Shown: positions 1-10,795 of the stretch, piece after piece
How positions within the stretch are numbered: the stretch's first letter is position 1
Layout of the letters: each line of letters begins with the position of its first letter
Assembly: GCA_964200185.2 (NCBI GenBank)
Contig: CAXNAD020000059.1
Coordinates: forward strand, 1 to 33,647
DNA from: Choristocarpus tenellus KU-1152
Lineage: Eukaryota; Protista; Phaeophyceae
Reading direction: 5' to 3'
DNA length: 33,647 nucleotides
The notes under the pieces: generated by a model
Database searches by the model: none
What the model was told of the DNA's origin: nothing
The model's input: the letters and a program-made list of their open reading frames with translations, nothing else
Made by a program: the position numbers and the translations under genes

Positions 1-3000
1 CTTGCCCAAAGACGCTTGAAACCTGTTCATAGATGTCCAACTGCCCTTCTCTGGGAGACCCCCCTGCCCTGCCCCCCCCCCCCGTAGATTCCCCCTAGGC
101 ATTTTTGACACACATAGACATAACATAAGAGAGAACCATTTGGCAATTGGGTGGTGAGACTGATTGTGTGAAGCTGGCAAAAGTTGGATGGAGGGTGGGG
201 GGAGCAAGGGGACTGAGAGTATATGGAAATTGCAATCGTTGAGGGAGTTGTTTGCAAAAAGTATAGATCTGGGTGAGTGATTAGTAGCTATCTCGTGCTG
301 AAGCATCAAAACAGAAATCATTAAAAAAAATGCAGAACGTTCACAACTTGTGATGCCCGAATACCCTAAAAACCTTGAACTTAGAAAAAAATGTGTATCA
401 TAGTAGAGTGAAGAAGAATTCTGTTTCAGTCAAATATAAGGTGAACACAAGAATAGTTAGAAGCATACCTCCTAAGCTGAAGTCCAGTTAATAACCCTAT
501 ATGTGTAGGCACACACCCCTGGTACAAACTGCAGTAACAAGTAGTGGTTCAAAATCACACAGGCAAAAGTGTCCCATCATGATCTGAAATCCCCAGAGGT
601 CATCGTATTCGTATAGTAACATACAGGAAATTGATACAGACGACTCCTCTTTGGGAGAAGAGTAACCTAAGTAAAGAACATTCTTGGAATTATCTATCAC
701 TTATGACCACTGCTGGCTGTTGATTTAGGGCATAACAAAAAGCAAAGCTCAAGCAAAAACCCTCTTCCTCGAAACTTCAGGTGCAAAATGTGCATATAGT
801 AACAGACAAATTGTCCAAGCATAAAGCAGAGCATGGACAGATTTCAATTACCTAGTCAAGTATTAAACTAGGCCATGGGTTCCACTCAGAATTGTCGGAT
901 GTGCTAAACAACCAAGAACCAACCAATTGGTCTGAACTAGGCTCAACAATCTCTTGGCAGGGAAAAGGCTATGGTAAGGGCTTGTAGGACATATGATACG
1001 ATACATATGTAGTGCAGGTATCAGTGTGAGTTGGATTGTGGCTATCAGAATGGATATAACTTTGTTTGGGACCAAGACCTTACATTCCACTCATGTGTTC
1101 AGAGAGAGAAAGAGACAGTGAGGTATGATTAGGTTTAGAGATTTTTGACGGTTATGAGCAATGTGCAAGTATACCAGGTAGGGAAAGCTTTTCAGTGAAG
1201 GAAATTGAACTTCACTCTAGTATTAGTGTCTAGGTTTCCAGGGTGGTAAGGCCTAGGGTTAGTCCCAACCTTGCTGCCATCCACCCATTCGAAGAACTCG
1301 CACTGGTCTCCACTATCCTTTGGAAGGCTGCACTTGTAGAACTCTCGACCAAAGTTCTCCTCCGTCCTTGATGTCAACTTCACACATGCAAACCCATGTT
1401 CACACACAGGGCCATCGCCCCCATTGCCTCCACCATCAATCATATCAAATGCATTGTCGTATTCATCTCCTCCTCCCCCACTCCCACCAGTACTGATACC
1501 CCACGTGGTACCACCCTCTGTGCCTTGCCCTCCAACAATGTACCCAGTGCTGTACTGGCCCTCATTTCCAGGGAGAGAACTCCGCCTGATCATCCCCCTT
1601 TTTGTCTCTTCACGACCTCCCCCTCCCCCTCCACTGCCTCCTAAGACCCTGTCTCCATAGTTAAAGCCTCCCATGTTGGAGCCCCCACCACCGCACTCAC
1701 TTTGCCCAACAGACCCCCCTAAGCTGGGCCTGTTTCCTTGCAATGGGTGATAAGGCGAATGAGGGGGGTCTCCCCAAGTATCTCGGGATTCAACAGGTGA
1801 GGTTCTGTTGAGATTTGGAGAAGTATCCACGGTTGAAGGTTTGGTGATGGTAAGGTTTGAGAAATCGATTACAAGAGGATAGGGATAGGTTAATAAAGCT
1901 GCGGTATGGAGCTCAATTTCAAAGTTGCACATAGGAGTTGAGTTGCAGCATGAACTATGCATTTGAATTAAAGTCTTGCAAAACACTTAGCGCAATAATT
2001 CGATCAATCAAAACACGGGTGCTTTAGCACTAAAAACCCCCAACATAGTTTCAAGTGCCACACACTACTTCTCAGGACACAATGATACGGTGCAACACAT
2101 CACATCTTGACTGAATCCAACAAACTAATAAATGCAACTCACTCAAACTAAGAACAGAATATGCATCAAAGATATCATCGCAATGAGTCACTAACCTCAT
2201 GACAAATGTGTGACCGCTGCCTACACTCCCTCTACTAACCCCACTTTGACCCCCACTTCCTACTTGGTGAGGTCCAGGGGTTGACCGTGCAGCTGTGGTG
2301 TTGCAATTTTGATTCGCTGATGGAGGATCATTTGATGACTGCAGTCCATTTGACATGAGTGTGTGTAGGCGAACAGGGTTTGGGGGTGGAGGTGGTAAAA
2401 TAATGATGAAAAGGGTAGGGGCAGGGGGCTCTCATCACAACCATATTCCAATAGCCTAAGCATCATGACAAGACAAACCTAGCCCCAATCCCAACTTATA
2501 CCTCAAACATACAACACCTCACACTAGCTATACCTAGCAATGGGGAAGAGTCTCAAAAATTCCACTTATCCTACAATTGTGACAAGCTTCTCAGGAGTGG
2601 TGAAATAGAAAATATTCAGGAGAGGCAACTAACCACTCAAGCATTGTACCCCAAGGGCAACTCTATGGACTACAGATGCAAACCCTAGGCTGGCTTCTAT
2701 TGGCATTCAAAGAGTCGTCCAGAAGTCCAAAATATGCACATATGGTGCAGTTTCTCTTTCAGCTATTTGTGCTGATTCAAGGCATGATTTTGACTCAATA
2801 TCGGGGAGGAAGCATCTTATGCGAGAAAGCACAATTGCATTATCTGACTTGTAGAAGCGAAGCCAGATTTTCCCGTTTTCGGGATTCTCGAAAAATAGAG
2901 CAATTCATTCCGAAGTTCACTTAAAAATATGGCACATTCTTGTTTGAAGTTTGGAATAAAATGTTCAATGGTTAAGAACCCCCAAAATGTGAAAATCCGA

Positions 3001-6000
3001 CGTCTATTGACAAGTCAGATATGACAACTGTATATTTCCACCTAAGGTACTTCCTCCCTGATGTCAAGTTAATATCGGAACATGAATTGGCCAAGTATAG
3101 CCTGAGAAAGGTTGCACTGTATGCACTTGTTTGGGATTTCTGAATGGAATTTCTGGACCACCTATAGAGTAGAGGTCACAAGCAGCAAAACCAGGTATAT
3201 CTTGAACCCTTCAACACTAACCTTGCCCCAAGTGGTGTTGAACCAACTCTTACGATCTACCCCTTGTGTAATACATACCAACTATCCTCGTGCAAACATG
3301 TTGTATGAGACACATACCATTCCTCAACAATGCAGTATCAAAGACTAAACACGTAACACTACCGGAAATCGGACACATGAACGCCTGAAGTCTTTGAATT
3401 ATTGCCATCCTTGCACCATGGCACTACAAGTTCTACTTCCTCTACTGAGGCAAACCCCGCTTCAAGTGGGATGTGCCATTGATTAACCTCACTGGCATAA
3501 TGTGACCAAGCTTGAAGCTCAATCAAAGACTATTCTGTACACTTGGGTGATCGGGAGATCAAATACAGAAGAAGAGTGCTATAGTTGAGTGCTCCGCTCC
3601 ACTCCACTCCACTCCACTCCACTCCACTCCATTCCGTATATCTTCGTTCTATCTCCTCATTCACCGCTCAAAATGCATAACATATAAAATACAAGAAAGT
3701 GCCAAGTGAAGACCTCAACCACGTACTAGAAACATTTCACCCTTAAGAGGGTGAGCCCTCCTATAGATAATGCACAATAGCATACATAAATGATACCTAC
3801 TCCTCCATAAAGCATCAGGACACATGAAATACCTTCATGGAATTGAGCTGTTTCTGAAGCAAAGGTATGTCCCTCTCCAGGGTTTGCCTCTCTTCTGTGA
3901 GCCTTCCCGGTAGCTCATAACCACCTGCCAATGCCTGGTTACCCTGGTGCTGCAACTCCATGATCCTCTGTAGTGGTACAGTAGGCATGGAAACATTTAC
4001 TACATTAATCAAAATGAAAGTATTGGGAGTGATGTGGTATAAAAGGAACATCATACAATGGAATAGCCAGTTTGCCACATCATGCTAGCAGATTTCATTC
4101 GCCTTCCAACCTTCCTCTTTCCGACATATTTTTATTAATTTTCTCACAAGATGCTGTGAGAGGTTAGAAAAAGCGGAATCGGGGGGATAATGCAGTACAT
4201 ACAGATTTTTTTTTTTTTGTNNNNNNNNNNTAAAACAAAGTTCCTTAAAAGGTTTGAAAAAAGCTAATCCGGGGGATTATTCCATTCCTTACGGATTTTT
4301 TTTTTTTGTCTGAAACAAGTTTGTACTACTTACACTGTGCAGGAGTATTCAACGTATCTTGTACTGTTGTGTGAACTTGACTCTAAACGTCCAATCTACA
4401 CAGTCCTGTTTCTTTATATGTTTTCCAGAATGGTGTACCACTATTGTATTCCCCATCCAGCATCCTCCTCAACATGATCACACACTTCATCCTGAAAAAA
4501 AATGTTTTAGATTTGAAATGCGTGTCCCATACACACGATAATACTCATGAACACAGTTTTTCAAGCAGGCGAATAAAATGTGGTCTTGACCCTTGTATCC
4601 CCAACCTTAGCCCTCATCCCCTACCCTTGCCAGGGATGGGGAGACCTAATCAGTCAATTAGGCTTTCAAAGACAAGCACAAATCCAGACACTGGTCACAA
4701 ATAATGCCTCCCTTTTCATGCACACTGTAGATGTGGTGGATTTCCCTATCATGGGTAGAGTGAACAGTCATACTGTGCACTACACAGTATAATATGGCAG
4801 CAAAGAGGTGACCTGGTTGTACGTTTTGGGACTCACGATATATACTGTTGTAAGTGTGTGTTAGGTATCACAAAAGAAGATATGGCATAGTTTCTTGTCA
4901 CTGACAGTTCATGAAGGGTTTGCCGGCTCAAAAAACGCCACAAAGAGGATAGAGTCATAGACTGCATTACCGTAACATATCCTAGATCTTGACTGACATA
5001 CAGTCTTCGACAACATTGAAAATATTAAAGACAGTGTTTCAGGGGAGGTTCTTAGCCAACATTTCTGGTCAGCATATGACTGGACTGTTAAATGCTGAAT
5101 TTAAACTCTTCTGAAATGCGTTGATCACGGTGTGGGGGAAAATATAAAGTACATGTTCACATAGGTTTTATCCATTCGGGTAGTCCTATGAACTCTCACC
5201 CTGAATTTAACATATAATCTCAGCCCTAATCTACACCTAACTATTAAACACATACACCAACTCAACAGAAACGCGATTGTATACAATCACTCCTTAGTCT
5301 TGGAAGGTACCTGCATCTTGTTGGACACTTCCAGTTCAAGCTCCTCAATATTCTTCCTCTGAGCAGTCCCTGACCCAGCCCTCCAGTCAGCAGTGTGAGG
5401 AGCAGTATGGGGAGGTGATATGTTACTCTGTTTGTTTGTTTGCATCTGCTGACGCTTTTGGTGCTCGCTGATGACTTGCTGCAGGCAAAGCACAATAGGG
5501 TGGAGAATGGGGTCAGGATGAGTTTGGAGGGCGGTATGCATCAGGCAGACCCTCCAGCAAGACAGTATGGGAACCAAAACTCAATATCATACGGCAAACC
5601 AATGCCTAACAATGAACCTAGCCCTAACCCTAGACCTTTATCATCCATGGCACTTGGCAGTGAATGCAACCACGTACCAGTCCGGGAAGCAGAAATCTGT
5701 AATGAATAATGGGGCTACATTTACATGGCACAGTATCTGCCCTGTCAATCTGGACAGATAACAACATCCCCAAAAACCTCCATGAATGTGATGTGAGATA
5801 GTGTAGGAGAGACGCACTGTTAGCATTGACAGAAGTCCAAACTGAGGACCAGAGGTTATGCTGAAGCTATGATATGTGCTTTGTCACAACAGCTCCTGGT
5901 TTGCTTTGCATCCTGTACCACCTATTCTGCACCAATCACCTAGCCCCAAGCTTCACCCTGATGCCATCCCAAAACATAACTTTACCACTGTCCTTAACCT

Positions 6001-9000
6001 TTTATGTGATGCCTCAACCCAAACCCTAACCCTAACTCCATAAATGATCCTAACCCTAATCTTACCTTCAGCGGGAACACAAGCCTGACCCCTAACCCAC
6101 ACTGCTTCATATTTTTCCATCAGTGGAAAGAGATAATCGCAACTAATACTCACTTTGATGCCAACTCTACACCCAACATCAGCCTTTACCCCAAGCCCTG
6201 CATTGCCTCACCTCCAGATCCAGCGAAGCAAAGATATCATCACATTCGTCTCCAGCATCAAACTCCCCGCTGCTGCAACCTTTCTCGTCACCCCCCCCCC
6301 TTCCTCTTCCTCCTCCTCCTCCACATTGTGAAGGGGATTCAAAGGGCGTGTAGTATCCAGGAGTTGATCCCTGACCCCAACTGTTGCCCCTGAGGTGACA
6401 ATTCCACATTCCACAGTCGGTAGGGTTTCCAAACACATACTAGGCATGAACCTGTGCGGTCTAACCGCCATCACCACCAAGAAATTCTTTGAAAATGTTG
6501 TGTTGTGTCGGTGCTGAGAATATCCAAACAATAGGGACAAAGTATGGCTGTAACAAAGGCTACAATAAGGTTACTCTCTTACGTATCTCCAGTTGAAATT
6601 CTGAGAGTACAAGAACAGAACAAGTTGCATACCACCAAAAAAGGTAAGCCACTGGTATCAACCCTAACCCTAGCCGAATCATGGAAGGAACTTCAAGAAA
6701 ATGTTTTGAATTATGTCATGCTTGAAGGAATCTCACTTTAAATACCTACAGAAGATATGACCATGAATTTGATTACCGAAATATTTAACTGTGCCCCCCC
6801 CCCCATTGAGTCCAAACATAGGGTTGAGGTTAAAGGCAGGCACTTGACCAAACCTGCTCTTTGACCCGTAACCCAAACCCTGTTCCTAACCCTAACCCTA
6901 ATGCTGAGTCCTCACATCTCCAATTCATCACCTGGGTCCTAAAATCCTCACAAGAAAAACAAGTCAAACTACTGCTGTGGTCCTTGTGTTGATCATGTTC
7001 ACACAGCTGAAAGACAGGGTAGGGCGATACAATCCATGTCATACCAGTCGCTTCAAAAAAAGATAACACTGGTGTAATACTATTTGGTTCAACTCGTCAT
7101 AATAGAGGGGAAAAAAATATCGAAAAACAAACAAAAACAAATGTACCAGAAAGGTCTACTGTATAGGGAGCAGTACTGTACTTCTATGACAAAAAGTCGT
7201 CGCCATCATGAGAAGAATGGGTACTAATTGACATGGTGTCTCAATCTTGACCCATCATGAGAAGAATGGGTACTAACTGACATGGTATCTCAATCTTGAT
7301 CCAGTAGTTACCATCACTTTCAATCAAAGAAAATATGGAATACGCTGTATGTTGATACCATGGGGAATACACACGTACCACACTTTTTCACCTCTCACCG
7401 TGAGGTGTCGGTCTCTTCCCCTCCTCCAAAGGAACTGCACCGGCTGGATGTCTCACCAATCCTCATGGATGAAGTTGACCTAGCTGATAGAGGGGCTAGG
7501 GGAATGGATTGCCCAGATCCTGTCTCTTTGATTGGTAGACCTTTGGGGACCTGCCGAGAAGTATATTGTTAGTGTTTAGGGTTAGTTGAACAAAAAGAAT
7601 GGAATGACTGTGATCAAATCAGCTAAAGAAAAATATGGAATTGAATTGAACTGATTTGAACTGAGCTGAACTGAACTGTCACTGCGTGAGGCAGATCCGA
7701 AGTCATGGACAGTGAAATATGTAGTGAGTTGTGGGTACTAATAGTGACATCTTGACATGAATACTACGTGGTTCTTCTGTGACCTCAGTCGCGTTCAGCA
7801 GTCACACTTCTGCTTGTATTGTGATAAAAAAACCCCGTGAGTAACCCCCCCCGACCACATAACCAAACTTTCTTTTCAGTTGGTTATTTGGTTATTCCGA
7901 TTGATCAAACCGTAGCCGAACGAACTGGGTCAATTCACAACGCTACACATTGAATTGCGTCCAAAAAGGAGGGAAAGTTTCAATCGACAGCAGGCCTATT
8001 CCACGGTTGATGATGCAACAGAAATAATAATAAAAAAGTAAAAACAAGAAGACCGATGGGTGGGGGGGGGGCACAATTGAACTTGAATCAAACCAGCATG
8101 TAAGTCAGTAGGATAGCTCAGATGTCACTTTGAGCCAGTAAGGTGCTCTCACAAACAGCAATACCTCTTAAACACTTCTCAACCCTGGCACTACATGACT
8201 TCCCAGTCTTGCCAAGATGTGTAGTGTGTGTATGATGCCAAGTAATAATATTTTCCTGCAACGATTGTGAAGGCTGTGCTCCAAAATGTTCTAGTGACGT
8301 CACAATCAACGGACTAAAAAATGTGGATGAGGTAGTGGATATTTATAGAAGGAAACATTTCAACCAATGGGATGACCCAATTGAAACATGCTTCAAGCAG
8401 TGCTACAAAAACATCCCATTGAGCCAGTAGGGTGCAATGTCTCTAAGACATCCCTTACCCCATAAACATACACACACACACATAATTCTCAGCTTGAACA
8501 TGAGAGTAATACACTGTACTGTCCTTTTGATAGGAAGTGTTTCTAGGTTCCCCGTTCCCTAATGCCTGCTCGGAGTTCTTGTGTGAAGTTTTGGCACTTG
8601 ATTCTTACCAAAATCTGCACATCCAAGACAACTTTTTACCAACACTAGGTTAACCCCAGAACTTGCGATCTAAGACAATGTGTACAGCCCCTGTCGCATG
8701 TCTGTTGTCCAATTCATGTGACACCTGAATACAAATGCTTAACCGTATTGTATTGTTTGCAGTGTTTGATACATATTTGACTTTGTGATGGTCAGGTGAG
8801 GACAATCGCCCTATGATGCCACCTACAAAATAATAGATTGCTTGCGCTTCCCCGTTTCCCCCAGTTATTGTAACTAACAGTAGAGGTAAATGGATTGCCC
8901 CATGCAGGTGGCTCCTCTTCTCACCCATAAATCAGAACACCAAGTCGTCCCACATTCATGGATGTAGGGAATGATGGGCGACCGACCTCTCTAACAATGC

Positions 9001-10795
9001 CATTGACTATTCACACAGGAATCAGTGCATTAAATCTAAGGGATTGAGTGAGGGTTAGGGTTGGGCAATACTACGCCAAAGAAAGACTATGGTCATGGTC
9101 ATACCCCAAAGTTGGTCATAATGACCACCAGTTTGTCAGCGTTTTTCATGTACTCCAAGCTGTAAAATATATTCTATACAAAGTGCTCCTTAAGGAGAAA
9201 TCCACTCACATTGGCTTCCCAGCCTCCTTTCCCCTTCATCAGGGGCGTATCCTCATCCAGCCCCTTCCCTCCCCTCCCCTCACCCATCCCTTGCTTGCCA
9301 CTAGCATTGGGCATCAGGCTGCCTTCCGTTCCTTCAGGTCCTCTTCCTCCCCCTCCTCCCAACAGCTTATTCTCCTTTTTGAGCCCGGACCCTAACGGTT
9401 TGCCCACCTGGGATACCACAGGCTTAAGTTAGGGTTAGGGTTAGGTTTGGACTTTGGTTTGGGTTTGGAAAGGGTCGCAATGTCTTGTCTATTCCTCTTC
9501 TATACAAAAGTCATGTTAGGGACAAGATTAGTTTGTGGATGAAGTCTGGGCCAGGGTTGCAATCTCTTGAATAACTGCATGTTTCATAAAAAAGATCTAA
9601 TGTTGTGGTGTGATGTAATTTGTGTACCCCATGCCACTCTAGGGTTCAACATTGCAATGAATATTGCTGTGGGTTTGAGTATAACTTGGAAGGTGTGAAT
9701 GAGAGGAATAGAAATAGGTCCAGGGACAAAGGATGCACCCTCACAATTCACTGCAGGTTACCCTAACCCTAACCCATTTAACCACACACCCACGACCAAA
9801 GACTCATCCCCACATCCTCCCTCCATTGCTGATTCTTTTTTTTCTACTAACTTAGCACATTCAGCACTCGACAAAACTATTGTAATGTTAGTAGACTTGA
9901 GAACTCCCGAAGCTTCAAATGCATAAGGGAGGGCCAGCTGCTTCAAGGGCTTTCTGGACCTTCACAGAGGGGCGTGTTCCCGGAACAAATGGGGGAGCAA
10001 CGTCAAAAGCTTTGCAATGACGTATTAGCTCCACCACAGAAGAACCTCCAGGTCCAGGAACAAACAAGTTCTCATCCCTCCCATTGTGATCAATGTCATC
10101 TGGTGAACCTCCCACGGGGATGTACCTGGGACATTGGGGTTGTAATTTACAAATCTTGTTGGTTCATGGGTAGGTATGGTAAAAATATATCATTTGTAAA
10201 CAGCACATGCTCATCGAGGCCTCGCGACTCTTGCAGGTGAAGAAGCTACACCTCTGTTGCCCTACCCCAAGAGCACAAAATAGTGATAAGTGATGAAGAA
10301 TGCGTATCAGGCAGATGAATGCCCACATGGGACCCCAGACAGCTATATGAGTGAAACTCACCGGAGAGGCTTTCCTCCATGGTCACCAACAGCAAGTGTC
10401 CCTTCTACTGTTTGAGTGAGTCCAGCAAACAATGCCTTGTACTCTGGGTTGACATTGTCCTTCCAAGGGTAGATTAATGGGGGATGGGACATCTCGAGTT
10501 TATGACAGAGGATGATAACGATGGCAAAGGGCAAGGACTAAGGCAAAGGCCTTAATGTCAGAGGAGGGCCAGCAGCAAGAGAGCAGAGCATAGCTAGGAC
10601 AAAAATACAGGATATTGCACTGGTGTAGTAATAACTATTCAAGCATACTACCTCTGTACAAAGGTTCAATAAACATTGGGATCATCAAGTTCAGGTGTAA
10701 ACATGGCATCATAATTTGTTTGCGGTACAGATCTCTACTACGAGTTGTTGCACCTTCTCAAATTTGGCCAGCTGCTCTTTAATGTTGATCTTCAT
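1..10795 (-). CDS. BLM/Sgs1/RECQ4A-type RecQ helicase with GRF zinc finger, N-terminal ~647 aa (runs off the left edge of the window)
   Basis: Phase-consistent GT-AG exon chain: 10795-10754, 10492-10362, 10125-9960, 9407-9210, 7550-7399, 6389-6212, 5478-5311, 3967-3833, 2338-2196, 1804-1270, 94-1. Motifs: MKINIKEQLAKF (resembles the BLM N-terminal NNLQEQL helix); DDIFASLDLEQVISEH followed by the coiled coil LTEERQTLERDIPLLQKQL (resembles the plant RECQ4A DDILENIDVDQIVMEH region); zf-GRF; LDIYEQVSSVFG at the edge (lead-in to the RecQ FG-x3-FR-x2-Q motif 0). The helicase motifs themselves are outside the window, so the family call is an inference. Exon 1 is less certain than the rest. Confidence 0.75.
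1282..1410 (-). other. GRF-type zinc finger domain within exon 1804-1270
   Basis: PVCEHGFACVKLTSRTEENFGREFYKCSLPKDSGDQCEFFEWVD matches the zf-GRF pattern C-x-H...N-x-GR-x-FY-x-C...C-x-FF-x-W-x-D. Confidence 0.92.
2718..3144. repeat. Degenerate long inverted repeat (foldback/MITE-like), ~200 bp arms and ~25 bp loop, intronic
   Basis: Matching blocks share one axis near 2931: TATCTGACTTGT 2841-2852 / ACAAGTCAGATA 3010-3021; GGGAGGAAG 2804-2812 / CTTCCTCCC 3050-3058; TCCAGAAGTCC from 2718 / GGATTTCTGAA to 3144; ATTCCGAAGTTCA 2907-2919 / TGAAGTTTGGAAT 2945-2957. Confidence 0.85.
3592..3635 (+). repeat. (ACTCC)n pentanucleotide microsatellite
   Basis: Six perfect ACTCC units at 3601-3630 with degenerate flanking units. 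Confidence 0.95.
4221..4230. other. Assembly gap (10 N)
   Basis: Run of N directly after a poly-T tract. Confidence 0.99.
7203..7299 (+). repeat. Tandem duplication, 49 bp period, 2 copies, intronic
   Basis: CCATCATGAGAAGAATGGGTACTAA(T/C)TGACATGGT(G/A)TCTCAATCTTGA at 7203-7250 and 7252-7299; two substitutions. Confidence 0.95.
7638..7677 (+). repeat. Degenerate (GAAYT)n pentanucleotide microsatellite
   Basis: GAATT GAATT GAACT GATTT GAACT GAGCT GAACT GAACT. Confidence 0.9.

Larger units (their letters stand above)
5622..9775. repeat. Cluster of short interstitial telomere-type tracts in helicase-gene introns
   Basis: CCCTAA tandem tracts at 5622, 6024, 6049, 6662, 6885 and 9761; TTAGGG orientation at 7576, 9051 and 9429. 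Confidence 0.88.

Noticed and set aside
3470-3635. Pentanucleotide microsatellites (also 7638-7677) as 3' tails of SINE/LINE fragments
   Set aside because: No tRNA-like A/B boxes, RT remnants or TSDs could be identified next to them.
4165-4310. Degenerate direct repeat on both sides of the N gap (GAAAAAGC..AATC.GGGGGAT.AT...GATTTTTTTTTTTTGT)
   Set aside because: It looks like the same locus read twice with low-quality bases next to a poly-T, i.e. an unmerged contig overlap.
8131-8436. Short direct repeat TGAGCCAGTA(A/G)GGTGC about 290 bp apart
   Set aside because: Too short and unextended to define an element.
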